From Macrostomum hystrix (taxonomy: Eukaryota; Animalia; Platyhelminthes): 64,000 bases of DNA. Of the stretch, positions 1-10,625 are shown in pieces. The notes beneath the pieces were generated by a model that saw only the letters and a program-made list of their open reading frames with translations, had not been told where the DNA came from and made no database searches. The stretch is from the NCBI GenBank assembly GCA_950097015.1, contig CATNEN010000013.1, positions 496,001 to 560,000 on the forward strand, given 5' to 3'. Within the stretch, counting starts at the first letter, position 1, and each line of letters opens with the position of its first letter. The position numbers and the translations under genes are program-made.

Positions 1-402
1 TTCTCTCTCTATCGCTTCCCCAGTTCCCATCACCCGTAGCCTACGTGAGCTACACCAACCTCCCCAGTTGCTCAGCCTCCGAAATCTCAAATCCCAAATC
101 CCATGCACCAATCGTTATTGGACAGGGCGCAGCTCCTCCCTAATCCTCCCTTACCTTACTCGTACACTTTACTATCTGGCTGAAGAGTTGGGCAAAATGA
201 ACCTGATGTGGAGCCGGCTCAGAACGGTCGGAACCCCTCCCCAACCTCCCCCTCTCCTGCCTGCCTGTCTCCCTCTCCCACCGGGCATGGATATGGTGCA
301 GGGGAAGGGGAGGGCCGCTCCTCCAAAATCCCACGCAGCAGTCGGCAAAGTCGATTGAAAAAGCCGCTTTCTGTTCCCTGCTGACCGCGGCAGAGACCTC
401 CG

Positions 403-3258
403 ATGGCAGGCAGGACTGCCCCAGACCTGCTGGGAAGGCACAACACCACCCAGGCCGGAGCTGAGTTCGCCCTGCCACCAACCATCAAGCAGATGCGAGG
501 TGAGCCTCCCATTGCTTTATGCGAGGATCGTTGAATAAGTTAACGAATAACTCAAACGGGCTCTGGTTAGCAGTAGAAAGTCCACTGTCTTCAGGCGCTA
601 AAAAATTCTGCTCTATCCGATGACAAGAATCGCTGATTATCTCGACGATTTTGACGTCGGACGGTTAGTGAGTTCAAGTTGGTTCATCGTTAAGGGTGGA
701 AAATTAGGAACCATGAATATGGTGGATTTAAAAATATAAGTCTTAATTTTCCAATTGTAACGAAAAATTAATCGGGGAAGTAGCCTAGGGGCTAGCGGGG
801 TAGTAGCCTAGTGGCTAGCGGGGTAGTAGCCTAGTGGCTAGCGGGGTAGTAGCCTAGTGGCTATCGGGGTAGTAGCCTAGTGGCTAGCGGGGTAGTAGCC
901 TAGTGGCTAGCGGGGTAGTAGCCTAGTGGCTATCGGGGTAGTAGCCTAGTGGCTAGCGGGGTAGTAGCCTAGTGGCTATCGGGGTAGTAGCCCAGTGGCT
1001 ATCGGGGTAGTAGCCTAGTGGCTAGCGGGGTAGTAGCCTAGTGGCTATCGGGGTAGTAGCCTAGTGGCTAGCGGGGTAGTAGCCTAGTGGCTAGCGGGGT
1101 AGTAGCCCAGTGGCTATCGGGGTAGTAGCCCAGTGGCTATCGGGGTAGTAGCCCAGTGGCTATCGGGGTAGTAGCCCAGTGGCTATCGGGGTAGTAGCCC
1201 AGTGGCTATCGGGGTAGTAGCCTAGTGGCTATCGGGGTAGTAGCCCAGTGGCTAGCGGGGTAGTAGCCTTGGGGCTATCGGGGTAGTAGCCCAGTGGCTA
1301 TCGGGGTAGTAGCCCAGTGGCTATCGGGGTAGTAGCCCAGTGGCTATCGGGGTAGTAGCCCAGTGGCTATCGGGGTAGTAGCCCAGTGGCTATCGGGGTA
1401 GTAGCCCAGTGGCTATCGGGGTAGTAGCCTTGGGGCTATCGGGGTAGTAGCCCAGTGGCTATCGGGGTAGTAGCCTTGGGGCTATCGGGGTAGTAGCCCA
1501 GTGGCTATCGGGGTAGTAGCCGAGGGGCAATCGGGGTAGTAGCCCAGTGGCTATCGGGGTAGTAGCCCAGTGGCTATCTGGGTAGTAGCCTAGGGGCTAT
1601 CGGGGTAGTAGCCTAGTGGCTATCGGGGTAGTAGCCTAGTGGCTATCGGGGTAGTAGCCTAGTGGCTATCGGGGTAGTAGCCTAGGGGCTATCGGGGTAG
1701 TAGCCTTGGGGCTATCGGGGTAGTAGCCCAGTGGCTATCGGGGTAGTAGCCCAGTGGCTATCGGGGTAGTAGCCTAGTGATTAGGGCGTCGGATTCACGA
1801 CTTAAAGGTCGGGGGTTCGATTCCCTAATCCACTGGAACAATTTGTGTCCTTCAGCAAGACACTTAAGTCTGCATTGCTTTGCATGTGCTGTCGGCTGCA
1901 CATCTGGCCCAATCGGGGCTGGTCTATCAGCTATTACTGCTTTTATTAATATCATTATTCCACAGGCAACCGCGGAGACGCGATGCTTTTCACCCAGATG
2001 TCCGGCGTCGATGCCCCAGTCGCGGCGGGCCGCCGGCCCACGAACACAAACGGCTCTGCCGGACGCGCCCAATGCTGCGAGGCCAAGGAGCCGCTGTTGC
2101 CGCGCGAGAGGACGCACGGAGAAGGACCGGGCAATAGTGTATTGCGGTCCGACACGGCGGCCTCCGCAATGGCTGACGACATACCGCAGCAGCAGCAGCA
2201 GCGTCAGCCACGAGACGCCGGCAACGGCGGTGCCGACTCCGGCGGTAGCAACCTGAAGGGTCGCAAGAAAATTATTCGACGCGCGAGAAAACATCCAACT
2301 GTCGACCGGATCATCACATTTCTGCAGGTAGGTTTCTCTTAGGTACTTGTTTTAACTGTAATTAGACAGTCTCTCCCTCATCTTGTCACTCCGTCATCTT
2401 GTCCCTCCGTCATCTTGTCACTCCGTCACCTTGTCACTCCGTCACTTTGTCACTCCGTCACCTTGTCACTCCGTCACCTTGTCACTCCGTCACCTTGTCA
2501 CTCCGTCACCTTGTCACTCCGTCACCTTGTCACTCCGTCGCCTTGTCACTCCGTCATCTTGTCACTCCGTCACCTTGTCTCTTCGTCACCTTTCGCAGGA
2601 CAAGCAAGTTGATGATGACCATCAAGATTTAATTCAAGACCTTCAGCTGCCTTTGTTGCGCAAGATACTGAACGTAATCTTCATTGCGCTGGGCGTTGTG
2701 TTTCTTCTTGGTGTGATCGTCGTCATCATTTACACAAACATAGGTGAGCCTGTCTTTTAATCGATGCTTTCCGAGCGTTGATAGCTATAAGTTTGCAATC
2801 ACAAAGCCTTTACTAGATGTGTGTGTTCTTTCACTGCAAACACGAACCGCTTGTGCCAATCAGACTTATACAATTCTTGCCGTGCACCTCATACCGCTTA
2901 ATATGAAAATAATGTTGCACTGATGGATAACCCATTAGGATTACACATATATAATAGTGACCTCAATAAGCGATCAAAGCCTCACAAACCCGCCTTCTCG
3001 TTCTGTCCAGTGGCTGAGCACGGAGTTTCGCATCGCAGAAATGTCACGTATGTATTTCTGAAGTCACTGCACTGACTGGCGCCAAACGGAAATTCAAATA
3101 ACTTTCAATGTTACGCGTCCCGTCACTCCGTTTCCTCATCTGCCTACCCCAATGCCTCATTAATCCTCAACTGGTGAATCGATCAGTGTGCAAACAGTTT
3201 TTATGATGCCCCTAGTGATCTGTCCAGCTTCCGGATTTCGGGCCATCCAAATAACTGA
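403..3258 (+). CDS. Orphan single-pass membrane protein, about 223 aa, 5 exons
   Basis: Exons 403-499, 1966-2327, 2599-2743, 3011-3047 and 3228-3258 join in phase (672 nt, ATG to TGA) with GT-AG boundaries (GAG|GTGAG, CACAG|, CAG|GTAGG, CGCAG|, TAG|GTGAG, CCAG|, AC|GTATGT, CCAG|). There is one hydrophobic segment, ILNVIFIALGVVFLLGVIVVIIY. The last two small exons are less certain. No family recognised. Confidence 0.65.
781..1775 (+). repeat. 23-bp minisatellite (about 43 units) derived from a SINE 5' end
   Basis: The unit GGGGTAGTAGCC(T/C)AGTGGCTA(T/G)C runs directly into the SINE at about 1763. It matches the SINE head AGAGGTTGTAGCCTTGTGGTTAG seen at 6975 and 55676. Confidence 0.95.
1763..1958 (+). 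mobile_element. tRNA-derived CORE-like SINE, internally deleted copy
   Basis: A-box-like TAGCCTAGTGA and B-box GGTTCGATTCC (1814-1824), then TGTGTCCTTCAGCAAGACACTTAA, which resembles the MIR CORE domain. The 3' segment GCTGTCGGCTGCACATCTGGCCCAATCGG is shared with 7218-7248 and is followed by an ATT-rich tail. Confidence 0.85.
2383..2590 (+). repeat. 16-bp intronic minisatellite (CTTGTCACTCCGTCAC)n
   Basis: About 12 units filling intron 2328-2598, up to the TTTCGCAG acceptor. Confidence 0.95.
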
Positions 3259-3614
3259 GGATTTAAACTAGAAAGTCTATTTAAACAAACTGTTTATTGC
3301 CCATTTTGGAATCGGCTCAGCACTGTTAAAACTTCCGGTAGATAGTTTAGACAAACTTTCAATTGGCGAAAAGTCAACTGGATGAGGAAACGAAAGTTCT
3401 GATGTCATTACTTCATGTCCGTTCAAATTTAAGCATCCAACGAAAAAAGCTATTAACAAGAGACCGTTAAGACGATTAAAGAATAGCTTATTAACACTAG
3501 AAAGAGAAAACCATTTTTCCCTGGGGAATGACCACGTGGGTATTTCGAATACCCACAGCCTACTTCACGACAGCTCCCAGACCGAATGACCGATTTTCGT
3601 GAAAGTCCACCTTT

Positions 3615-3623
3615 ATAATAATA

Positions 3624-3661
<38 letters not shown>

Positions 3662-3872
3662 TGCAGGAGGGCTGCGGGCAATGGCACATCTTTGGTGACA
3701 CTAGACCCGCAGCCAGGGAGGAGGCAATTCTGCCCATTTCGCTGTCTCCTGAGCACACACGCACACAGATACCGTACGCAGGCATACACTCATATACAGG
3801 TGTGTACATCTGCCCTGACCTTCTCATCGTCAGGCAGTGAACACTCTCACTGTGCCTTGGAGATTGGCCCTC
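3615..3872 (-). mobile_element. 3' end of a non-LTR retroposon with (ATT)n tail, copy 1
   Basis: An (AAT)n run with one AGT interruption is followed on + by TTGCAGGAGGGCTGCGGGC...GGAGATTGGCCCTC. It is homologous to 6889-6975 plus 7275-7412. Family not assigned. Confidence 0.65.
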
Positions 3873-6800
3873 AAAGTCCACCTCAAGTATGGATTAATTT
3901 TTCTGCCCTTTACGATGAGCCAACTTTCGAAGCCGTTCGACTTCAGCATCGTCGAGATGTTCAGCGATCCTTGTCGATGACCCTGGTGTGAAGGACAACT
4001 AACGTTGCTCGGTGTAAACCTCTTTCACCAATCCTTATTGGTTCAAAAATAATTGACAATATAATCAATGCAATATAAGCAACTTTTTAGCAGAAAAAAA
4101 AGACAACCCGATGAGAATCGTTGAATAACTCGACGATGCCGATGTTTCCTGATTCTGGAAGTTGTTTCATCGGATAGAGAAGAAAATTGTAGCGAAGAAT
4201 ATTTTGGAAGCACTGAAAAAAATTAAAATGTGGGTATTTGAAGCCTGTGGGGTCTTTCCAGCTTGTACTGTTAACTGACAGCTGTAAAAAGGAAAACTTT
4301 TAAATAACAAAAGAAAGTGATTGTGAGATTTAAATGATAATTTTGCTCAGTATTCTGAGGCCCAGAATCGTTTGGCTGGCACATTCTCTTTCGACAAGAA
4401 TCTGCTTCCTTATACGCACCGATCTGTAGAGTAAATGATATTTTCCTGCTTTTTCAGCGTCAATTTTTTTTACTAACCAGACACTGCGCACTCACTGATA
4501 GAACAGTTGGACTCACGGACGGCTTTGCTTCGCTCAGCTCCGCTTCTGTTATTGTTCTTTGCTTGCTCATAGGCCTTTTTTCTCTTTGGTTATTTGCTTT
4601 AGGCTATGACTGTGGCAATGGGATATGCTTGTGATTGAAAATAACTTCCAGCCTAGTAAGCAGGTTGCCTTAGCAACGCAGGCACATTAATTTGGAAAGC
4701 ACGGTGCAGTGCTATTTATAGCATTCAAGGTCACACGGCGCGTGATAATTACGAGACGATAAAAAAATCGCGTTATTATGCAGCATTTGCTAATTGAAGA
4801 TATTTTTAAGTTTGTCAATTGAAATTTTATAATTGAGATTAAAAATATGACAGAAGTGTAAATACTCAAAAAATTCAGTTTTAGTAAACAACTTCTTTCA
4901 AAATCTATTTTTAGAAATCCTGCTGGGAATCCCTCTTTAACCACCATCTAGCCAATCACGTGACTGATAAAATCTTGATCTTGATCTACAACTTTGAATA
5001 TCCTAAGCTATTTTTGTATTCACATTGAATTATAGGTACTTTAAAAGTACACACTTCTATCAGCATTCTATCTGCCAAAGTAGCACGACAATTAGCAAAT
5101 GTTGCATAATTTTAGCCAGAGCCAGTTGAAAAAAACAATAGATCATTGATATGACTTGAAATCCCGAAAGCTGCTAAAATATAGAAATGAAAAAAAACAA
5201 TAAAAGCCTCAATATATTAGTGTGGGCGAACATGAATTCAGTGCCTATTGCTAAGGTAAATGTTATGCTTTGAATGAGTTTCACTAAGTTTTTAATTTGC
5301 TATCAGAGTTCTGCCACCGTAAGATAATTAGTCTAGAATTTGCTCCGCTTCGCTTATTGGTAGGCTGGGTGAGGTGGATGTCGACGGCGTGGGGTGGGTA
5401 TCAGAAAACTGATAAATTAGACTTTACTAGAAAAGAAATTTGCAGATAGTCTAATTGCTTGGGTGAAGCAGTAAAGCAAAAATTGTACTTTTTTTAATGA
5501 GTTGTTTAAGACAGAATAACTCTTAGTATCGATATTGTATTTTTGCGTCATCAAAATAAAACTATTTGCTTTTGAGCTCACAATAATATATATTATTATA
5601 TGCTGCTTATAAAGATACTAATCCCCTCTGTTATGCTCATACCATTAACTTCAAACTCAAAGGACTCAAAGAGTATTGACGTTGCGCAGCAGGTGATATC
5701 AATACTTTTTGGTTCGATTTTAACTAACAGTTCAATTCATATAAGCAAGGAATCTTTGGGAATTTTTATTGCATGATTTGACATATTCTGTCCCTGGATT
5801 TTATTTAACATTTAATACGGTAATCGCGTGTTTTCCGGCGAACGGCTACATGTAGCAATGCACATTTACTAGCCAATTTTTAGCACAATTTAGGTACGAT
5901 TTACTATTCAGCACACCAAAAAACTTGCTTAGTTTCATAATTAAAATTATGAATTGAAACGTTTGGATTAACCCGGTCATTCACATACACGTCTAACGCT
6001 ATTGGACGAAATTTTAATCACGTGACAGCTCTTGTCCTAGAGCGGTATATCTGGAAACTAATTATAGACGGCTGGGTGATTCACAAGGTTTACCAAGGAG
6101 TTCAATGTCAGGCAAAACTTCTATTGGATGTTTTCAATATTGTGCTATTTTTAGAATCCAAGGCAAAACTGCACGTGCTGTTTATGTGGGTGATATACTA
6201 ATTCGATGCCTAAATATTTTGTCAAGGTACGTGTTACTTGAGATGACACAGCGTAATTATTTTTTAAAGCACCAAATATATGCACCATGTATGCATCTAT
6301 CTATTTCACAATAAAAGTGCAGACTTTATCTTGTGCATTGTTGCGGCCCCACCTCCTTTCTTTTCTAATTCGGTTTCTAGGAAAGGACGATCATTCTAAT
6401 AGTCGAAAAGAATGAATTGGCGCCTCATGAAGATTCTATCTGCTGCCTGGTTGCGATGCACTTTTCAAACAAATAAGGACGGGACGTTTTGAATGGCTTT
6501 ATTTATTACTTTCAACTTTAAGATTCTTACCATTTGGTGAATCAATTATTTTACGACGAGAAATTAAACTCTTTTCCCTAGAAAAATTGATTGTTTTTGT
6601 TATGTAAAAATATTTTTCCGTTTACAATCGTGCGTCTTAATTTAAACAAGTTTCTATCATTGATGTAGGTAAATCACTTTCTGTACTTATCCTCATCTTT
6701 CTGTGTTAAAAAAACTTGTTTTAACCACTCAACGAACGTACGAGCTATTTGCTTTAAAAACTTGAACACCCTTTAAATGGCATTTCGTGCTCCAATATAA

Positions 6801-6888
6801 TGCAGCATTGCTAATTTGTTTAAATATAATAAAATAACTAGAACTGGCGACTAGAAAAAGTCCTGTATTCCAGTTGTTCTTACTGCTT

Positions 6889-6900
6889 ATAATAATAATA

Positions 6901-6931
<31 letters not shown>

Positions 6932-7412
6932 TTGCAGGAGGGCTGCGGGCGATGGCACATTATTTGGTGACACTAGAGGTTGTAGCCTTGTGGTTAGAGC
7001 GTCGGGCTCATGACTTGAAAGTTGGGGGTTCGATTCCCGACTGGAACAATTTTTGTCCTTTAGCAAGACACTTAACTCTGCATTGCTTCAGTTCACCCAG
7101 CTGTTAAATGGGTACCAGCATTAGCTGGGGTAATTGAAGGTGGGTGTGGCGTCCCCCCAGTCCATGGACAGATCAGCCGTACGCAGCCTTCAGATGCGCC
7201 GCGCAATAGCTGCGGCTGTGCTGTCGGCTGCACATCTGGCCCAATCGGACAGGTGTATTCAATTGGTGACACTACCCCCCGAAGGCAGCGAAAAGGCAAT
7301 TCTGTCCATTTCGCTGACTCCTGATCACCCGCTCACACAGGTTTATACATCTGTCCTGACTTTTTCATCGTCAGACAGTGTACAATTTCACTATGCTTTG
7401 AAGGTTGGCTCT
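6889..7412 (-). mobile_element. Second copy of the (ATT)n-tailed retroposon end, interrupted by a SINE
   Basis: It has the same (AAT)n tail with the same AGT interruption and the same body as 3615-3872, and is split at 6975/7263. Confidence 0.65.
6976..7262 (+). mobile_element. Full-length tRNA-derived CORE-like SINE with 12-bp TSD
   Basis: Head GAGGTTGTAGCCTTGTGGTTAGAGCG...GGTTCGATTCCC and CORE-like GTCCTTTAGCAAGACACTTAAC...CCCAGCTGTTAAATGGGTACC. Flanked by TTGGTGACACTA at 6964-6975 and 7263-7274. Confidence 0.9.
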
Positions 7413-7975
7413 TAGGGGCATAAATTGCACGACATGCCAAGTTAATATGTAAAACTGACCATTCACAAATAGCTACAAAAGCATCATAAGAATCTTAACT
7501 TCCTACTGCCGATATTGAAATGTAGTAGTTTCATTCATATCTAAATAAAAAAAGAATTTATATTACAGTAAAATGCAAAGTATGCGTGTAGTAAAAGTAT
7601 AGCTTTGGCTATAGAACAATAGAATTCTTCTCTATAGAAGCACACACTGAGCATTAAACTGCTCCAGTTATGGACTGAGATGTTTCGCATGGCGTGGGGT
7701 GGGTGCCAGTTTGAATCGAAAGCCCGAGATGGTCTTGACAACAATGACCCGAGTGAAGCGTGCCGAGCTGGCCCGTGCTGCTATATCTAGCAGAGGGCTA
7801 ATGAGCTGAGGGCTTGTGTCTATTCTCTATCTTTCCATGCTCAAAGCTAAGATACTTTCTGAGCACTGCGGAAAAAAGAAAAGCAGAAAATTTAGGACAG
7901 ATTTCCTGTCAGAACACATAACAGAGGCTTGTGTTCTTAGATTAGCAAGTTTAGAGAAGATTTGGACTGATTAGC

Positions 7976-9326
7976 ATGGCTGAAGGTGTTGATGTTGCGG
8001 CGAAGAGGCTGAGAACACCTGTGATTGGGCAAGGACTGCTGCTACTGCTGCTGCTACAGAGCTGTTGCATCGGCTGCTCTGCTGCCAGTGTTTCGAATCG
8101 GTTCGACCATTCAACAGAGGAAGAAAATTTCAACCGCGATGAAGCTGGTAAGACATTCTCACAGAATTCCATCAGGTGAGACACATTGTCACACGGAACT
8201 CCATCAGGTGAGACACATTCCCACACAGAATCCCATCAGGTGAGACACATTCCCACACAGAACTCCATCAGGTGAGACACATTGTCACACAGAATTCCAT
8301 CAGGTGAGAGACATTCCCACACAGAACTCCATCAGGTGAGACACATTCCCACACAGAACTCCATCAGGTGAGACACATTCCCACACAGAACTCCATCAGG
8401 TGAGACACATTCCCACACAGAATCCCATCAGGTAAGAGAAGATCCCACAGGCAATGTCCATTGCTCCCATATCTCAGACTGGAGTTTGGCACGCAGCCTT
8501 GTTGACCGACTGAAGGCATCCAGCGAGGCTCTGGAAGACGATAACGAAGACACAGAGCTCGAAGTAGAAGCCACCAAGCGGTCCTGGATAGCGGAGCTGG
8601 CGGCAAATGCGGAGAAGACGGAGGCCACGGCGGACCTCATCGAGGAGATCCAGGCGCGCACTAGCAGCAGCGGCCTCCGCAGTTTGAAGGCCGCCTGCAA
8701 AGCGATGTGCCCGAAGTGCGTCTGCGGTGTCATTCTCATGCCGAGCCTGCCGTTGGCGACGCATCCCAAGAAGCCCGTCAAGCTTGCCGTGAAGCCACCC
8801 AAGAAGCCCGTCAAGCTTGCCGTGAAGCCACCCAAGAAGCCCTTCAAGCTTGCCGTGAAGCCACTCAAGAAGCCCTTCAAGCTTGCCGTGAAGCCACTCA
8901 AGAAGCCCGTCAAGCTTGCCGTGAAGCCACCCAAGAAGCCCGTCAAGCTTGCCGTGAAGCCTCCAGCGAAGCGCACAGAGTCGACAAAGCCGAAAGGTGC
9001 AAAGAAGGCTAGTAAAGTTTCAACGGTAAGAGAAATGACCCAATCCGATGATTAAGATAACTTCACAAAAAAAATTTGTTCACAATCTTACTCTCATTGT
9101 AAAGTCTCCGCCACCGCCACCACCACCACCGCCGCCGTCGCCGCCTGCTAAGGAGGCTGTCAAGAAGGCTAAGAAGTGGCTGCATCTGTCCAGCCTGGAG
9201 AGCCAACTGCCAGACTTCCTGCTCGACGAGGACGGTGACGACAGCGTCTTCAAACGCGAGGTCGATGATCACGATCCACTGTCGACGGAGCCCGGGAACG
9301 CGCTGAACAACTTCGGCATTGAATGA
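7976..9326 (+). CDS. Putative secreted Lys/Pro-repeat protein, 313 aa, 3 exons
   Basis: Exons 7976-8147, 8478-9025 and 9105-9326 join in phase (942 nt). The protein has a signal-peptide-like LLLLLLLQSCCIGCSA, an acidic segment, about six 11-aa KPPKKPVKLAV repeats, a polyproline run and an acidic tail. Confidence 0.8.
8155..8435 (+). repeat. 32-bp intronic minisatellite, each unit containing CAG|GTGAG
   Basis: Unit ACTCCATCAGGTGAGACACATTCCCACACAGA. Nine donor-like sites occur at 32-bp spacing, from 8173 to 8429. Confidence 0.95.
8768..8960 (+). repeat. 33-bp coding tandem repeat (KKPVKLAVKPP)
   Basis: AAGAAGCCCGTCAAGCTTGCCGTGAAGCCACCC, about 6 copies, in frame within exon 8478-9025. Confidence 0.95.
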
Positions 9327-10625
9327 GCCGGCGGGGACTGGGCGTACCGAGGGTAAACCGAGGGTAGACTGAGGGGAGACTGAGGGTAGACTGAAACTGA
9401 AATGATGGTAAACTCGTGGTATGGAACGGGACGGCAGACCGACTAAGAAGAGGGTTAAGAAAGACAGGCCGACTGGTCTTATCATGCCGCCTCGCTTGTG
9501 TTCGATTTCTCGATCAATCAATCTACCTTTCGATCAATCATTATTCGTTAATGATTAATAATCAATAATCGTTAATCCGCTATGTTTTCCTTGACAGCTA
9601 AATTTCTTTTTTGTTATAATAAAGGTCTGAGTCTATTTATGACAATAAATGTTAATGTTATCAGCTCAAAATGCAACATAAGCTGAAGTAACATCAAGCA
9701 TTTCATTTATTTCTGCAATTAAATCAACCGGAATCGAGATAAAAAACTTCCGACTGAAATCTGAATTAAAATGCTGAACCGGACGACAGGACGAAGTTAT
9801 TTGTAATCAAAAGAACACGGCCTTCGTAAATTTTATCGCACAAATTTGATTGGCTGGGCAGAAAAGGGTGGCTGACAGAGTGGAGAGAAACCCCAGGGTA
9901 GACGAAAGTGGAGGGTTAACTGCGATCGATAACTAAGGGGTAGAGAGAATGTTGGGGGGTGACGCCAGACTGGATGGGTTTGTGCCAAGAGGGCACGGGG
10001 AAAATTGATAACAGATTGCGTGAATGGGGCAGAGAGGCATACAGAACAGTCCCAGCCTAGAGAAACACTGGCGCACAGTGAAAAGGACTGGCTGGCTAAT
10101 GCAATAACAAGCAATCACATTTCCACCACAGACAGAATGCATTTTTGCGCCAATTCAACATTTGCTGCACAAGTCCGCTGCCTTTTTGTTTGCTAACATG
10201 TTTTCGATGAGAATTTTGTTCAGGTGTATAAAAAAGGTTAATGCTCGAATCACAGTACTACTTATTAGTAGTGTTCGCTCGTATATTACTTGCGTTCTAT
10301 TTTTTAGTGAGCAAAGCACAATCTAGCTGTAATTGTAAGTATTCGTCTAAGACTAATGTTAACATTATTCTGTCTGTTGGGAGTCGCGCCAGCTGCGTTA
10401 ACTTCCATTGCGCTATTCCCTATCGCTTATCGCAATTGTTCGTTGAAAAAAACCCACTCTGGCATTGAGGCACTGAAAATTCTTCCAGATTGAGGCTTTG
10501 AAAGAAAATATGAATAGTTGGAATCGCAATAAATAATTCATCTGGAAAAGTCGATCTTAGCCACAGACCTGCGACAAGTGTGCTTTACTTCGCATATATA
10601 TACGTACAGTTCTAGGCAGAGCGGC

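Noticed and set aside
2383-2632. Three overlapping ORFs with VTLSLRHL repeats
   Set aside because: They are translations of the intronic 16-bp array. Only 2599-2743 is exon.
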